Positions 19,905 to 27,723 of a stretch of DNA of 64,000 bases are shown here, one piece after another. The notes beneath the pieces were generated by a model, which searched no databases, was not told where the DNA came from, and saw only the letters and a program-made list of their open reading frames with translations. The first letter of the stretch is position 1. The number at the start of each line of letters is the position of its first letter. The position numbers were made by a program, and so were the translations under genes. The stretch lies in the IMG/VR virus record IMGVR_UViG_3300042691_019786; one strand, 5' to 3'. Origin of the DNA: a virus.

Positions 19905-20840
19905 TTAATGTTGGTTATTTACTTTCATAACGCTACCATCACTATAACGGTAAATTATTAATCCATTATAATCAGCGTTAACTGTTTGCCCTAATATGTT
20001 AATTATATTGACTAGTTTTGCTTTATCACCTTTATCATTTCTATTATCTATTGATATTATATCACTAACGTCTTTTTTACCATCGTAATCAGTTTGTTTT
20101 AAACGATAGTATGTTATAAATGGTTGTAAATTATAATCATGATACTCATAATACAATTGATGTGTTGAATAGCCAGCACCTTCAATATTGTCAATAACAT
20201 GAAAATTATAACCATCATAACTTTTTTCAATCGTGAAATAATCATTATTTATTTCAGTCGCTGTTGACCAAAATAAAAGATTATAGTCGTTAACATTTTT
20301 ACCTTTAAAATATATCAATTCTATTGGTAATGGCGTTGGGTCCATTTCAACAATTTTAACGTCCTCAATATATAAAGTAGTCGAAAAGTAAGTTGAATTA
20401 ACCAATATTTGAAAATATACAGTTCCATCATAGTTTGATGAATAAACATCAGTCCATTGATACCAATTTGTCCAATTTGACGAACAATCTGGATTTGTTG
20501 ATGAATAACTTTGAATTAATGTTGTTTGATTGGCTGTTTCGTTGACGTTAACTGTTAAACTACAAACCCTTTTTGTCCAAAATGTTATAATATAATTTTT
20601 ATTTGATTGTACTGTAACTGGAAAATAAACATATTTTGGTGAACTAGCTGACCAACTAGTTAATCTTAACGCCCATGTGCCAGATAATGCATTACCAGAA
20701 CCATAGTTGTTTAACATCCACCCAGATGGTGTTGATGACCAACCAGAAGTTGTTGGTGGAGAAAAATCTTCATCAACCAAAGTTGTTTGTGATAATAACA
20801 ATGTTGGTAAAAATAGGATTAAAAATAGTATTGTTTTCAT
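19905..20840 (-). CDS. secreted Bacteroidota-like protein
   Basis: signal peptide; PLPIELIYF...WSTATEINNDYFTIEKSYDG...YYRLKQTDYDG Ig-like module typical of Bacteroidota secreted proteins. Confidence 0.7.
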   Translation of the reverse strand: MKTILFLILFLPTLLLSQTTLVDEDFSPPTTSGWSSTPSGWMLNNYGSGNALSGTWALRLTSWSASSPKYVYFPVTVQSNKNYIITFWTKRVCSLTVNVNETANQTTLIQSYSSTNPDCSSNWTNWYQWTDVYSSNYDGTVYFQILVNSTYFSTTLYIEDVKIVEMDPTPLPIELIYFKGKNVNDYNLLFWSTATEINNDYFTIEKSYDGYNFHVIDNIEGAGYSTHQLYYEYHDYNLQPFITYYRLKQTDYDGKKDVSDIISIDNRNDKGDKAKLVNIINILGQTVNADYNGLIIYRYSDGSVMKVNNQH

Positions 20841-20896
20841 AGTTAAGTTTTACATTAATAAATATATAAAACTATACTAATAAAGATAACATTTTG

Positions 20897-20981
20897 CGGA
20901 GAGCAGAGGAATCGAACCTCATACCAAAAAGGTACGTCACGATTAGCAGTCGGACCCTATCGCCATCAAGGATTACTCTCC
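20897..20981 (-). tRNA. tRNA-Ser(GCT)
   Basis: GGAGAG/CTCTCC acceptor, loop CT-GCT-AA, long variable arm, GGTTCGATTCC; no encoded CCA. Confidence 0.85.
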
Positions 20982-20987
20982 ATTTTG

Positions 20988-21060
20988 TACCCCCACAGAG
21001 ATTCGAACTCCGATACTGGCCTTAGAAGGGCCATGTCCTATCCAGTTGAACGATAGGGGC
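20988..21060 (-). tRNA. tRNA-Arg(TCT)
   Basis: TGGCC-CT-TCT-AA-GGCCA anticodon arm; full cloverleaf. Confidence 0.9.
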
Positions 21061-21069
21061 AGATTGTTG

Positions 21070-21142
21070 TACACCTACAGAGATTCGAACTCCGATTTAT
21101 CGCTTCGTAGGCGATTGTCCTATCCAGTTGAACGATAAGTGC
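21070..21142 (-). tRNA. tRNA-Arg(ACG)
   Basis: ATCGC-CT-ACG-AA-GCGAT; D and T arms nearly identical to Arg(TCT). Confidence 0.9.
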
Positions 21143-21148
21143 ATGTTG

Positions 21149-21218
21149 TACCGACTGTGAGGTTCGAACTCACTTAACCATCCATATGAGGGACGGTCCT
21201 TTTCCACTAAGTGTCGGC
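21149..21218 (-). tRNA. atypical tRNA with CAT anticodon (Met or Ile2)
   Basis: CGTCC-CT-CAT-AT-GGATG; good T arm; shortened D region; 70 nt. Confidence 0.65.
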
Positions 21219-21224
21219 ATTTTG

Positions 21225-21326
21225 CTCACCCACTAGGATTCGAACCTAGGACCTAACGGTTAACACTCCTTGTATGAACTTACTTATCATACCTAGCCGT
21301 TTGCTCTACCACTGAGCTATGGGTGA
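21225..21326 (-). tRNA. tRNA-Asn(GTT) with a 30-nt insertion in the anticodon loop
   Basis: AACGG-CT-[30 nt]-GTT-AA-CCGTT; all other arms canonical. Confidence 0.85.
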
Positions 21327-21336
21327 ATATTTGTTG

Positions 21337-21410
21337 CTCTCCCTCTAGGATTCGAACCTAGGACCCACGCATTAACAGTGCGTTGCTCTAACCTACTGAG
21401 CTAAAGGAGA
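21337..21410 (-). tRNA. tRNA-Asn(GTT)
   Basis: ACGCA-CT-GTT-AA-TGCGT; full cloverleaf. Confidence 0.92.
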
Positions 21411-21420
21411 ATATATTTTG

Positions 21421-21497
21421 TACAGAAGGTGAGATTCGAACTCACATGTGACCAACTACCCTTTCTACAAGATATAAGCTTGAGGGGATACATCTGC
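21421..21497 (-). tRNA. non-canonical tRNA-like RNA with TAT anticodon (Ile), no normal D arm
   Basis: acceptor GCAGATG/CTTCTGT; T arm GTGAG-TTCGAAT-CTCAC; CAAG-CT-TAT-AT-CTTG hairpin. Confidence 0.55.
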
Positions 21498-21503
21498 ATC
21501 TTG

Positions 21504-21575
21504 TTGTCTAACCCAGACTCGAACTGGAAATACTGCCGTATCAGAGCAGCGTGATAACCATTTCACCATTAGACA
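21504..21575 (-). tRNA. tRNA-Ile(GAT), unusual body (U1-A72)
   Basis: CTGCT-CT-GAT-AC-GGCAG; acceptor TGTCTAA/TTAGACA. Confidence 0.75.
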
Positions 21576-21586
21576 AAATTGTGGAA

Positions 21587-21775
21587 TTACTTCCACTGTG
21601 TTTTTCGGTAGTGTTTCCAAGTTTTATACATTCTAACTTGATAACTCATTTTGTTTCCATAGAAACGAATACCTTCATCCCAATAAATTGGGTAGAAATC
21701 ATTGATTAACATGATTCGGTATTGTCTACCATTTTGTGCTTTGTTCAGTTTTGCTCTGTTTACGTTTTTACTCAT
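21587..21775 (-). CDS. small basic protein within the tRNA array
   Basis: MSKNVNRAKL...WKHYRKTQWK. Confidence 0.55.
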   Translation of the reverse strand: MSKNVNRAKLNKAQNGRQYRIMLINDFYPIYWDEGIRFYGNKMSYQVRMYKTWKHYRKTQWK

Positions 21776-21845
21776 AATGTTGTGAGTCTGTGAATAGCAG
21801 ACCTTACAACATATCAAATTCTTTTTTCATAAAATTAAATTTTAG

Positions 21846-21932
21846 CGGAGAGGGTGGGACTCGAACCCACACACCTCTAGGGCCTACCGCTTTCAAGGCG
21901 GTTGCAGTTAGGCCAACTCTGCTTACCTCTCC
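21846..21932 (-). tRNA. tRNA-Ser(TGA)
   Basis: ACCGC-CT-TGA-AA-GCGGT; long variable arm. Confidence 0.9.
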
Positions 21933-21964
21933 GTATTTATAATTAACTAATATTCAGTTAATTG

Positions 21965-22035
21965 CACAAGTAGAGAGACTCGAACTCCCGTCAACGGTTT
22001 TGGAGACCGCTATTCTACCACTGAACTATACTTGT
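21965..22035 (-). tRNA. tRNA-Trp(CCA)
   Basis: GCGGT-CT-CCA-AA-ACCGT; full cloverleaf. Confidence 0.9.
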
Positions 22036-22050
22036 GTATTAATTTACCAA

Positions 22051-22063
22051 CATGTCAAAGAAC
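22051..22063 (-). promoter_or_regulatory. boxA-like antitermination element
   Basis: GTTCTTTGACATG; similar GTTCTTTA at 31811-31820 and 33171-33178, each ahead of stable-RNA genes. Confidence 0.5.
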
Positions 22064-22075
22064 TTACAGTTCAAG

Positions 22076-22148
22076 GGTGATTAACCAGAATCGAACTGGT
22101 ATCAATAGAATCACAATCTATCATGTTAACCGTTACACCATAACCACC
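22076..22148 (-). tRNA. tRNA-His(GTG)
   Basis: G-1:C73 pair; ATAGA-TT-GTG-AT-TCTAT. Confidence 0.9.
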
Positions 22149-22150
22149 AT

Positions 22151-22729
22151 TTATTTATTCTTACCAGCGTATGTTTCAGTTTGTGAATGACAATTAGGAC
22201 ATAAAAAACGTAAATTTTCTATTCTATTATCATTATTTATACCGTTAATATGGTCTATTTGTAATATTAGTTTACCACCCATCCATTCACCAGTATTACC
22301 ACAACTTACACATTTATACTCTAATAAATTACTTCTTAACACTCTATTCTTTAAATGACCAGAATTATATTGTGAATTTTCACAAAATATTTCAGAATCA
22401 CTATATTTTACCTTAGTAACGTTTCTTCTAGGGTTACCTTTATATAAATCATTATCTATTCCATATAAATCAAAATACCTTTTTAACGTTCTATAATTAC
22501 CAGCTTTTAGTGTTAAACCCATTTTTTCTAACACTTCAGCTTTAGAATTTGAAGATTCTATTAAAGGTTTTAATTCTTCAAAACTCCATTTATGATAATA
22601 TTTTTTAGGTTTAAGACCATATTTATCTGCCCAATATCTTATAGTCGTTAATGATTTATTAGTTTTTTTACTTATTTGTCTTAAAGATAAACCTTCTTTA
22701 AGAAGTTTTTCTAATTCTATTTTTTCCAT
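22151..22729 (-). CDS. HNH homing endonuclease
   Basis: N-terminal HTH; CVSCG...LQIDHINGINNDNRIENLRFLCPNCHSQT. Confidence 0.9.
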   Translation of the reverse strand: MEKIELEKLLKEGLSLRQISKKTNKSLTTIRYWADKYGLKPKKYYHKWSFEELKPLIESSNSKAEVLEKMGLTLKAGNYRTLKRYFDLYGIDNDLYKGNPRRNVTKVKYSDSEIFCENSQYNSGHLKNRVLRSNLLEYKCVSCGNTGEWMGGKLILQIDHINGINNDNRIENLRFLCPNCHSQTETYAGKNK

Positions 22730-22786
22730 ATTTATGTTTTTATATAAATATAGAATAATAGTTCAAAAAGTAAATATCACTTTAAA

Positions 22787-22821
22787 AATCTAGCACTCTA
22801 ACCAACTGAGCTAACGCCACC
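22787..22821 (-). pseudogene. 5' half of a tRNA (His-like), truncated after U33
   Basis: GGTGGCGT-TAGCTCAGTTGGTTAGAGT-G-CTAGA-TT then unrelated sequence; lies just upstream of the HNH. Confidence 0.75.
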
Positions 22822-23001
22822 GTCTATTGTAACAAATATTATTATGTTACCGTTTTCTTTTTTAAATCTTAGGTCACCGTTGTAACCCATTTGTTTTGCT
22901 TTTTCTTTATACTCGTCAACTATTTCATCAAAGTTTTCGTTAAACTTTTTTACTTTTACTTTTCCGAGTGGTCTTACTAATTCTTCCATAGTTATAAGCA
23001 T

Positions 23002-23034
23002 AAAAAAAGCCTTGATTTGTGGTCAAGGCTTTTT
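23002..23034 (-). terminator. intrinsic terminator of the putative attenuator
   Basis: AGCCTTGA-CCACAAA-TCAAGGCT followed by a T run. Confidence 0.8.
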
Positions 23035-23059
23035 GTTGATTACTTCATAAAATGTTTTA

Positions 23060-23155
23060 CTATTCTATGATGTTATTTAACATACCTTGACCGTTATGGA
23101 AACTATTGCGTCTCCAATTATTAATCGAAATCATATGTATGTTAATTGTTCTCAT
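23060..23155 (-). CDS. putative attenuator leader peptide (31 aa, not in ORF track)
   Basis: MRTINIHMISINNWRRNSFHNGQGMLNNIIE; lies between a promoter and the terminator; contains GGTCAAGGT, complementary to the terminator 5' arm. Confidence 0.75.
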   Translation of the reverse strand: MRTINIHMISINNWRRNSFHNGQGMLNNIIE

Positions 23156-23203
23156 TTTTATATTAAATATATCGTTTTTTCTAAAAAGTTTAAATTTATA
23201 CTA

Positions 23204-23235
23204 CAAATGTACAAACTTTTTTTCTATTTGTCAAG
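23204..23235 (-). promoter_or_regulatory. Bacteroidota-type sigma70 promoter for the leader and tRNA array
   Basis: TTG (-33-like) and TACATTTG (-7 box, TAnnTTTG). Confidence 0.7.
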
Positions 23236-23265
23236 TGTTTTTGTAATTATTTTTTTAATTTTTTC

Positions 23266-23748
23266 TTAATAACCTTGATTAAAGTCGTTTGGGTCAAAAT
23301 CTTGATATGCATTTTTATTTTGTTGAGCTCTAGATTCTTTTTCCCAATCTTCAGCGTTATTAGCGTTAACACCATCTTCATTAGATAATTCAAAATCATC
23401 TGTAAAATAATTTCCATCCATTTGCCCTCCAACTAATTCTAAATTACGAGGGTCTTTTAACCACTCTATTCTTAACATGTCTCTTGACGCTTCAATAACT
23501 TTTGCTTTAGCACCATATCTTACTGAATAATCATTATTCCATCTTGATTTTTTTGGGCTCCAAATGACGATATCCCCAACTTTAAATTTACTGATTTCAT
23601 TCTCATCAATACCCATAATAGGAACTTCATTCTCATCAATACGTTTGATTTTGTTAAACGTTTTTGCAAACGATTCTAGGATTGCTTTTTCTTTATCAGC
23701 AATGATTGCTTTTCTTTTAGTTTCAGTTAAAAATTCTTTCTTTTTCAT
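23266..23748 (-). CDS. hypothetical protein
   Basis: ORF with an ATATTTAT motif upstream. Confidence 0.6.
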   Translation of the reverse strand: MKKKEFLTETKRKAIIADKEKAILESFAKTFNKIKRIDENEVPIMGIDENEISKFKVGDIVIWSPKKSRWNNDYSVRYGAKAKVIEASRDMLRIEWLKDPRNLELVGGQMDGNYFTDDFELSNEDGVNANNAEDWEKESRAQQNKNAYQDFDPNDFNQGY

Positions 23749-23782
23749 ATAATAAAGTTTAACTATAAATATATAGAAAACA

Positions 23783-24226
23783 TTAAAAAATCTGTGCTGT
23801 TATATAGATGTTATCAGTTTCAGTTATTAACTCTCTTCGCTTCAACCAATCTTGCAAATTATTCAACCCTTTGAATTGTTGCCCCCATATATAATCATAT
23901 CCTAATTCTTTGGACATGTCTTTTAACTTATTACCCCAACCATCACCTCTATGTTTTTCTTCTATGAATAATAAGATACCTTCAACGCCATGTAATCCTT
24001 TGAACTTATCTGTGTTTTTGAAATAATCGGTTATTTGATTTTCAGAAAACAAATAAGCACCTACAACTTTGTCATCGTCATCCAATAACATTAATGAGTT
24101 TTCAAAGTTTACTGTCCATGATATGTAATATTTAAAATATTCTTTATCCATTACATGTTCAAAATGAATACCCCAATCTAATATTGGGTCGATGTATTCA
24201 TCTGTAACTCCTTTAATTATTTTCAT
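23783..24226 (-). CDS. GNAT-like acetyltransferase
   Basis: LFIEEKHRGDGWGNKL acetyl-CoA-binding motif. Confidence 0.6.
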   Translation of the reverse strand: MKIIKGVTDEYIDPILDWGIHFEHVMDKEYFKYYISWTVNFENSLMLLDDDDKVVGAYLFSENQITDYFKNTDKFKGLHGVEGILLFIEEKHRGDGWGNKLKDMSKELGYDYIWGQQFKGLNNLQDWLKRRELITETDNIYITAQIF

Positions 24227-24700
24227 TCATTAAAATTTCAAAAAATTGATACTGTCTAACTTCCCATATATAATCTAAATCAGATTGATTATATTTAATT
24301 TCACCTAACCATGGGTCTTTAATGTGAAAAAAGTTATCATCATAACCATTAACTATTATCCAATGTGGAATACCTTGCGTTATCGTTCTAATTATTGGTA
24401 AGTTTCCGTTATCAATAATTGTTTTTAATAAATCAAAAGGGTGTGGTGATGATATGTATTCAACATATTTTAAATTTAACATGTTTAAACCGTTTGCTAA
24501 TCTTTCTGGCGGTGTGCCTACAACCCAATCAGTACCACATAACTTTGCAATGTCTTCAATACTATATTTCATATCAATATCGAATTGAATCATATTGTCT
24601 TTGTTTACTGAATGATACCAAGCCATGTAAATACATGCTGGACCACATGTGTTACCGCTTGTCTGTTTAAAATATTTAACGTCAATAGTTTTCATCGTAC
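24213..24700 (-). CDS. C39-like cysteine peptidase (start approximate)
   Basis: QTSGNTCGPAC...HWIIV...DPW. Confidence 0.7.
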
Positions 24701-25077
24701 TCATCGTCATCGTAAAAATTAGTACCATACCCATCATAACCATCGTCATCAAATTCATCATCAGAATCTAAATCATCTTCTTCGTCAACGATTGTTTCTA
24801 AATAATCTAAATCAATGAAAAATCCAAACTTATTGTTAAAGACTTTTTTTAAAGATTTGGAATCGTCAAACGTTAGTTCTTTAAATTCTATTTTAGATAA
24901 TAAATCTTCACCATCTGAAAACTCTAATTCGTAATCACCAATTTTGTAAGTGAATGGCCATGTAATGCTGTAAGCTAATTCTTCATATTCATCAACTTCT
25001 TTATCTGTCATTACAGAAAAACCATTCACTTCTACATCACTAATGGTATCATTAAAAATCGCTATAAATTTTGCCAT
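24682..25077 (-). CDS. acidic hypothetical protein
   Basis: ORF with an acidic tail. Confidence 0.55.
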   Translation of the reverse strand: MAKFIAIFNDTISDVEVNGFSVMTDKEVDEYEELAYSITWPFTYKIGDYELEFSDGEDLLSKIEFKELTFDDSKSLKKVFNNKFGFFIDLDYLETIVDEEDDLDSDDEFDDDGYDGYGTNFYDDDEYDENY

Positions 25078-25112
25078 ATTAATTAATAAAAAATAAATAT
25101 AATATTATAATA

Positions 25113-26243
25113 TCAAAAAATAAATATATCTAGATAAAGTTTTTTAAAATTATCAGTTTCTAGTCTTTGTATTTCTTTACCTAATTCTGGTCCTTGTTTT
25201 AACCCCATCTTTGTCATTAGGTCTGAACCATTAACCGTTAATTTAAATAATAAAAATGTATCTATAATCTTTACATCAATACCACTTAATTGAGCAAATC
25301 TAGTTATTTGTTCTGCTGTTACACCAGATGTCTTTTCAGCTTTTTTAAGCGTTACAGCTGTATCAATCGACAAATTCAATAGACTAATCAAAAATGTAAT
25401 AGCTCTTATTTCATCAATTGAGTATTTTAATTTGTTCAATTGTTTTGTTAATAAATCAACTTTATTATTCTTTAACAACATTGCTAAAACAATAATTATA
25501 TCATTATCTTCAATGAAATTTTTATTAACATTAACATCTTTAAAAACCCAATCAAATAAATTGTATTTGTCAATCATTTTTAAAAACGATTTTACAGATT
25601 TTGCTGATTTGATACCTTTCAAAAACTCATCTCTGATTCTTTCACCAGATATACCTTCCAAACTAGCATCTTTTTGCAATGCAGCGTCAACTGATGGGTC
25701 TAATTCACTACCAAATCTACCAGCAAATCTAATTGCTCTTAATATACGTAATCTATCTTCACCAAATCTATCTTCAGCTGCACCTACAGTCCTTACAACA
25801 CTGTTTTTAAGGTCTTCTATACCATCAACCAAATCAACAACTTCTGACGTGTCTATATCGTAAAATAATGCGTTGATTGTTAAGTCACGTCTTTTAACGT
25901 CACCTACTATATCTGTAAAACTAACACCATCTGGTCTTCTACCGCTAGATAAGTCTTCCCTAAAAGTTGCGATTTCGTATTCACCCATATCAGTAAAGAC
26001 GTTGATAACACCAAATGCTTTACCAGTTGGTAAAGTTCTAAAACCACCTTTAGCCATTATGTCTTCCACTTGGTCTGGGATAGCATCGGTTGCCAAATCG
26101 TAATCTTTAGGTGTTTTACCTAACAACGCATCACGCACTGCACCACCTACAACATATAGGTTAAAACCATTTTGCTTAAAAACATCTTTTATTTGTAAAA
26201 TGTCTTTTGGTATTGGCATATCAAATATAATTCTCTTTTCCAT
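25113..26243 (-). CDS. cca: CCA-adding tRNA nucleotidyltransferase
   Basis: VGGAVRD..KDYDLAT, RRDLTINA, EDRLRILRAIRF, ERIRDE; the tRNAs here lack encoded CCA. Confidence 0.85.
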   Translation of the reverse strand: MEKRIIFDMPIPKDILQIKDVFKQNGFNLYVVGGAVRDALLGKTPKDYDLATDAIPDQVEDIMAKGGFRTLPTGKAFGVINVFTDMGEYEIATFREDLSSGRRPDGVSFTDIVGDVKRRDLTINALFYDIDTSEVVDLVDGIEDLKNSVVRTVGAAEDRFGEDRLRILRAIRFAGRFGSELDPSVDAALQKDASLEGISGERIRDEFLKGIKSAKSVKSFLKMIDKYNLFDWVFKDVNVNKNFIEDNDIIIVLAMLLKNNKVDLLTKQLNKLKYSIDEIRAITFLISLLNLSIDTAVTLKKAEKTSGVTAEQITRFAQLSGIDVKIIDTFLLFKLTVNGSDLMTKMGLKQGPELGKEIQRLETDNFKKLYLDIFIF

Positions 26244-26280
26244 AGTACAAATGTAATAATAAAATTTTAATAAAACAAAA

Positions 26281-26306
26281 AAACCCAGACGTAAATCTGG
26301 GTTTTA
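26281..26306. terminator. intrinsic terminator
   Basis: AAACCCAGA-CGTAAA-TCTGGGTTT flanked by A/T tracts. Confidence 0.7.
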
Positions 26307-26324
26307 TATTTTTATTTTTTTTAA

Positions 26325-26741
26325 TTAAGCTATTTCAACTACTTCTAAATCGAAGATTAAGTCTTTACCAGCTAAAGGGTGATTAGCATCTAACACAACA
26401 GTTTCTTCTTTAACTTCAGCAACTGTTACAACCATTTGCCCTTTTGGCCCTTCTGAAACCAATTGTTGACCAACTTGAACACCTTCTGGAACAAATGTTC
26501 TTTCGATTTCTTGCGTCATTTCTGGTCTAATTGGACCATAAGCTTGTTCAGCTGGAATTGTGATAGTTTTTTTATCACCTACTTTCATTCCGTGTAATCC
26601 TTGTTCAAATCCAGGGATTAACATACCTTTACCTAATTCAGCAGATAGAGGTTCTCTGTCAGCAGAAGAATCAAAAACTGTGTTATCATCTAATCTACCA
26701 GTGTAATGTACTTTTACAGTACTGTTTTCTGTAATTACCAT
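26325..26741 (-). CDS. FKBP-type peptidyl-prolyl isomerase (SlyD-like)
   Basis: VHYTG..FDSS..LIPGFE..AYG..LDANHPLAGKDLIF. Confidence 0.9.
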   Translation of the reverse strand: MVITENSTVKVHYTGRLDDNTVFDSSADREPLSAELGKGMLIPGFEQGLHGMKVGDKKTITIPAEQAYGPIRPEMTQEIERTFVPEGVQVGQQLVSEGPKGQMVVTVAEVKEETVVLDANHPLAGKDLIFDLEVVEIA

Positions 26742-26781
26742 ATTTTATGTTTAAATTTAAATTATTTTTACTAATATACTA

Positions 26782-27201
26782 TTAATTATTCGTTTTGTCA
26801 ACAAAATTTAAAATTAATTTATAAGCGTCAATAATTTTATTCATATATTCAACATTTTTAACATCATCTATCGTCAAATTACCATGTAAAAGACCAAAAA
26901 ATTTATTTATAGTTTTAAAGTGTTTTATTGCAATAACATTTTCTTTTTCATAAATTGATGAAGGAAAGAATATGTATTTCCAAACACTTTTTAAATCATA
27001 ATATTCATTTCTAAATACTTTTCTTACTTTTGATTCAACAGTGTTATCACTTTTTATAGTTATTTTAGTAACATATAATTCACCATCAACTTCAAATGGT
27101 ATTATTTTGAATAATTCACTTTTTTTATTTTTGAATAAGTGTAATTCTGTTTTAGTTAAATAATTTTTAACTTCTAATTGTTTTTGCTCTACTGTTTTCA
27201 T
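26782..27201 (-). CDS. hypothetical protein
   Basis: ORF. Confidence 0.5.
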   Translation of the reverse strand: MKTVEQKQLEVKNYLTKTELHLFKNKKSELFKIIPFEVDGELYVTKITIKSDNTVESKVRKVFRNEYYDLKSVWKYIFFPSSIYEKENVIAIKHFKTINKFFGLLHGNLTIDDVKNVEYMNKIIDAYKLILNFVDKTNN

Positions 27202-27279
27202 ATTAAATTTATTTTATTTTTAGTTATTATTTTTATACATAGACACTGTGTCTATGTTATTGTCTATGTTAAAATAAAT

Positions 27280-27309
27280 TTAAGGTGGAGCTCTGTATAT
27301 CTACATCAT
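27280..27309 (-). other. minigene M-M-(TAG)-I-Y-R-A-P-P-stop
   Basis: ATG ATG TAG ATA TAC AGA GCT CCA CCT TAA, 11 nt after the Pth2 stop. Confidence 0.6.
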
Positions 27310-27320
27310 AGTATTAAAAT

Positions 27321-27671
27321 TTAAACGTTGTTATTTATCTCCCTTCCCAATAATGGAAAAGAACTAGTTAGTCTTCTGCTAGAATCAGAAGGTTCAAATG
27401 CTATTGCTGTTATTTCATTGTTGATGTTTGGCTCTCTAAATATTGTGTACTTGATTCCTCTAGAATCAGCTTTCTCTGATAGTCTAACTAATTCTTCTTC
27501 GTTAGCGACTGTCAATAATGCCAGATAATTTGATTTTGATTGCCATTCTGTCGCTTCTATAGGATGAGCGTGTTGGAAATCTATGGCAGCATGTGCCGAT
27601 TGTACCGCTTGTGTCGGTAATGATAAGTCGCGTCTTGTGACAACTCTTAATTTTTCGTTAACCTATTTCAT
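27321..27671 (-). CDS. Pth2-like peptidyl-tRNA hydrolase with an in-frame TAG at codon 3
   Basis: ATG AAA TAG GTT AAC GAA AAA TTA...; readthrough gives MK*VNEKLRVVTRRDLSLPTQAVQSAHAAIDF...FREPNINNEITAIA (116 aa); the ORF track shows only the 3' part. Confidence 0.8.
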
Positions 27672-27723
27672 AACTTTTTTTTAATAAATATATCAATAAT
27701 AATGCCAAAGTAAACATTATTTG

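Noticed and set aside
21265-21294. Group I intron or canonical bulge-helix-bulge intron in tRNA-Asn
   Set aside because: Only 30 nt with no catalytic core, and I could not draw a convincing BHB.
22798-23001. The 3' end of this 67-aa ORF as real protein sequence
   Set aside because: Its last codons (GGVSSVG) simply read through the tRNA remnant. The upstream part may be a real small gene, but I cannot assign it.
25432-26103. Plus-strand ORFs antisense to known genes (also 1305, 19277, 40547, 51504 and others)
   Set aside because: Shadow frames of well-supported minus-strand genes.
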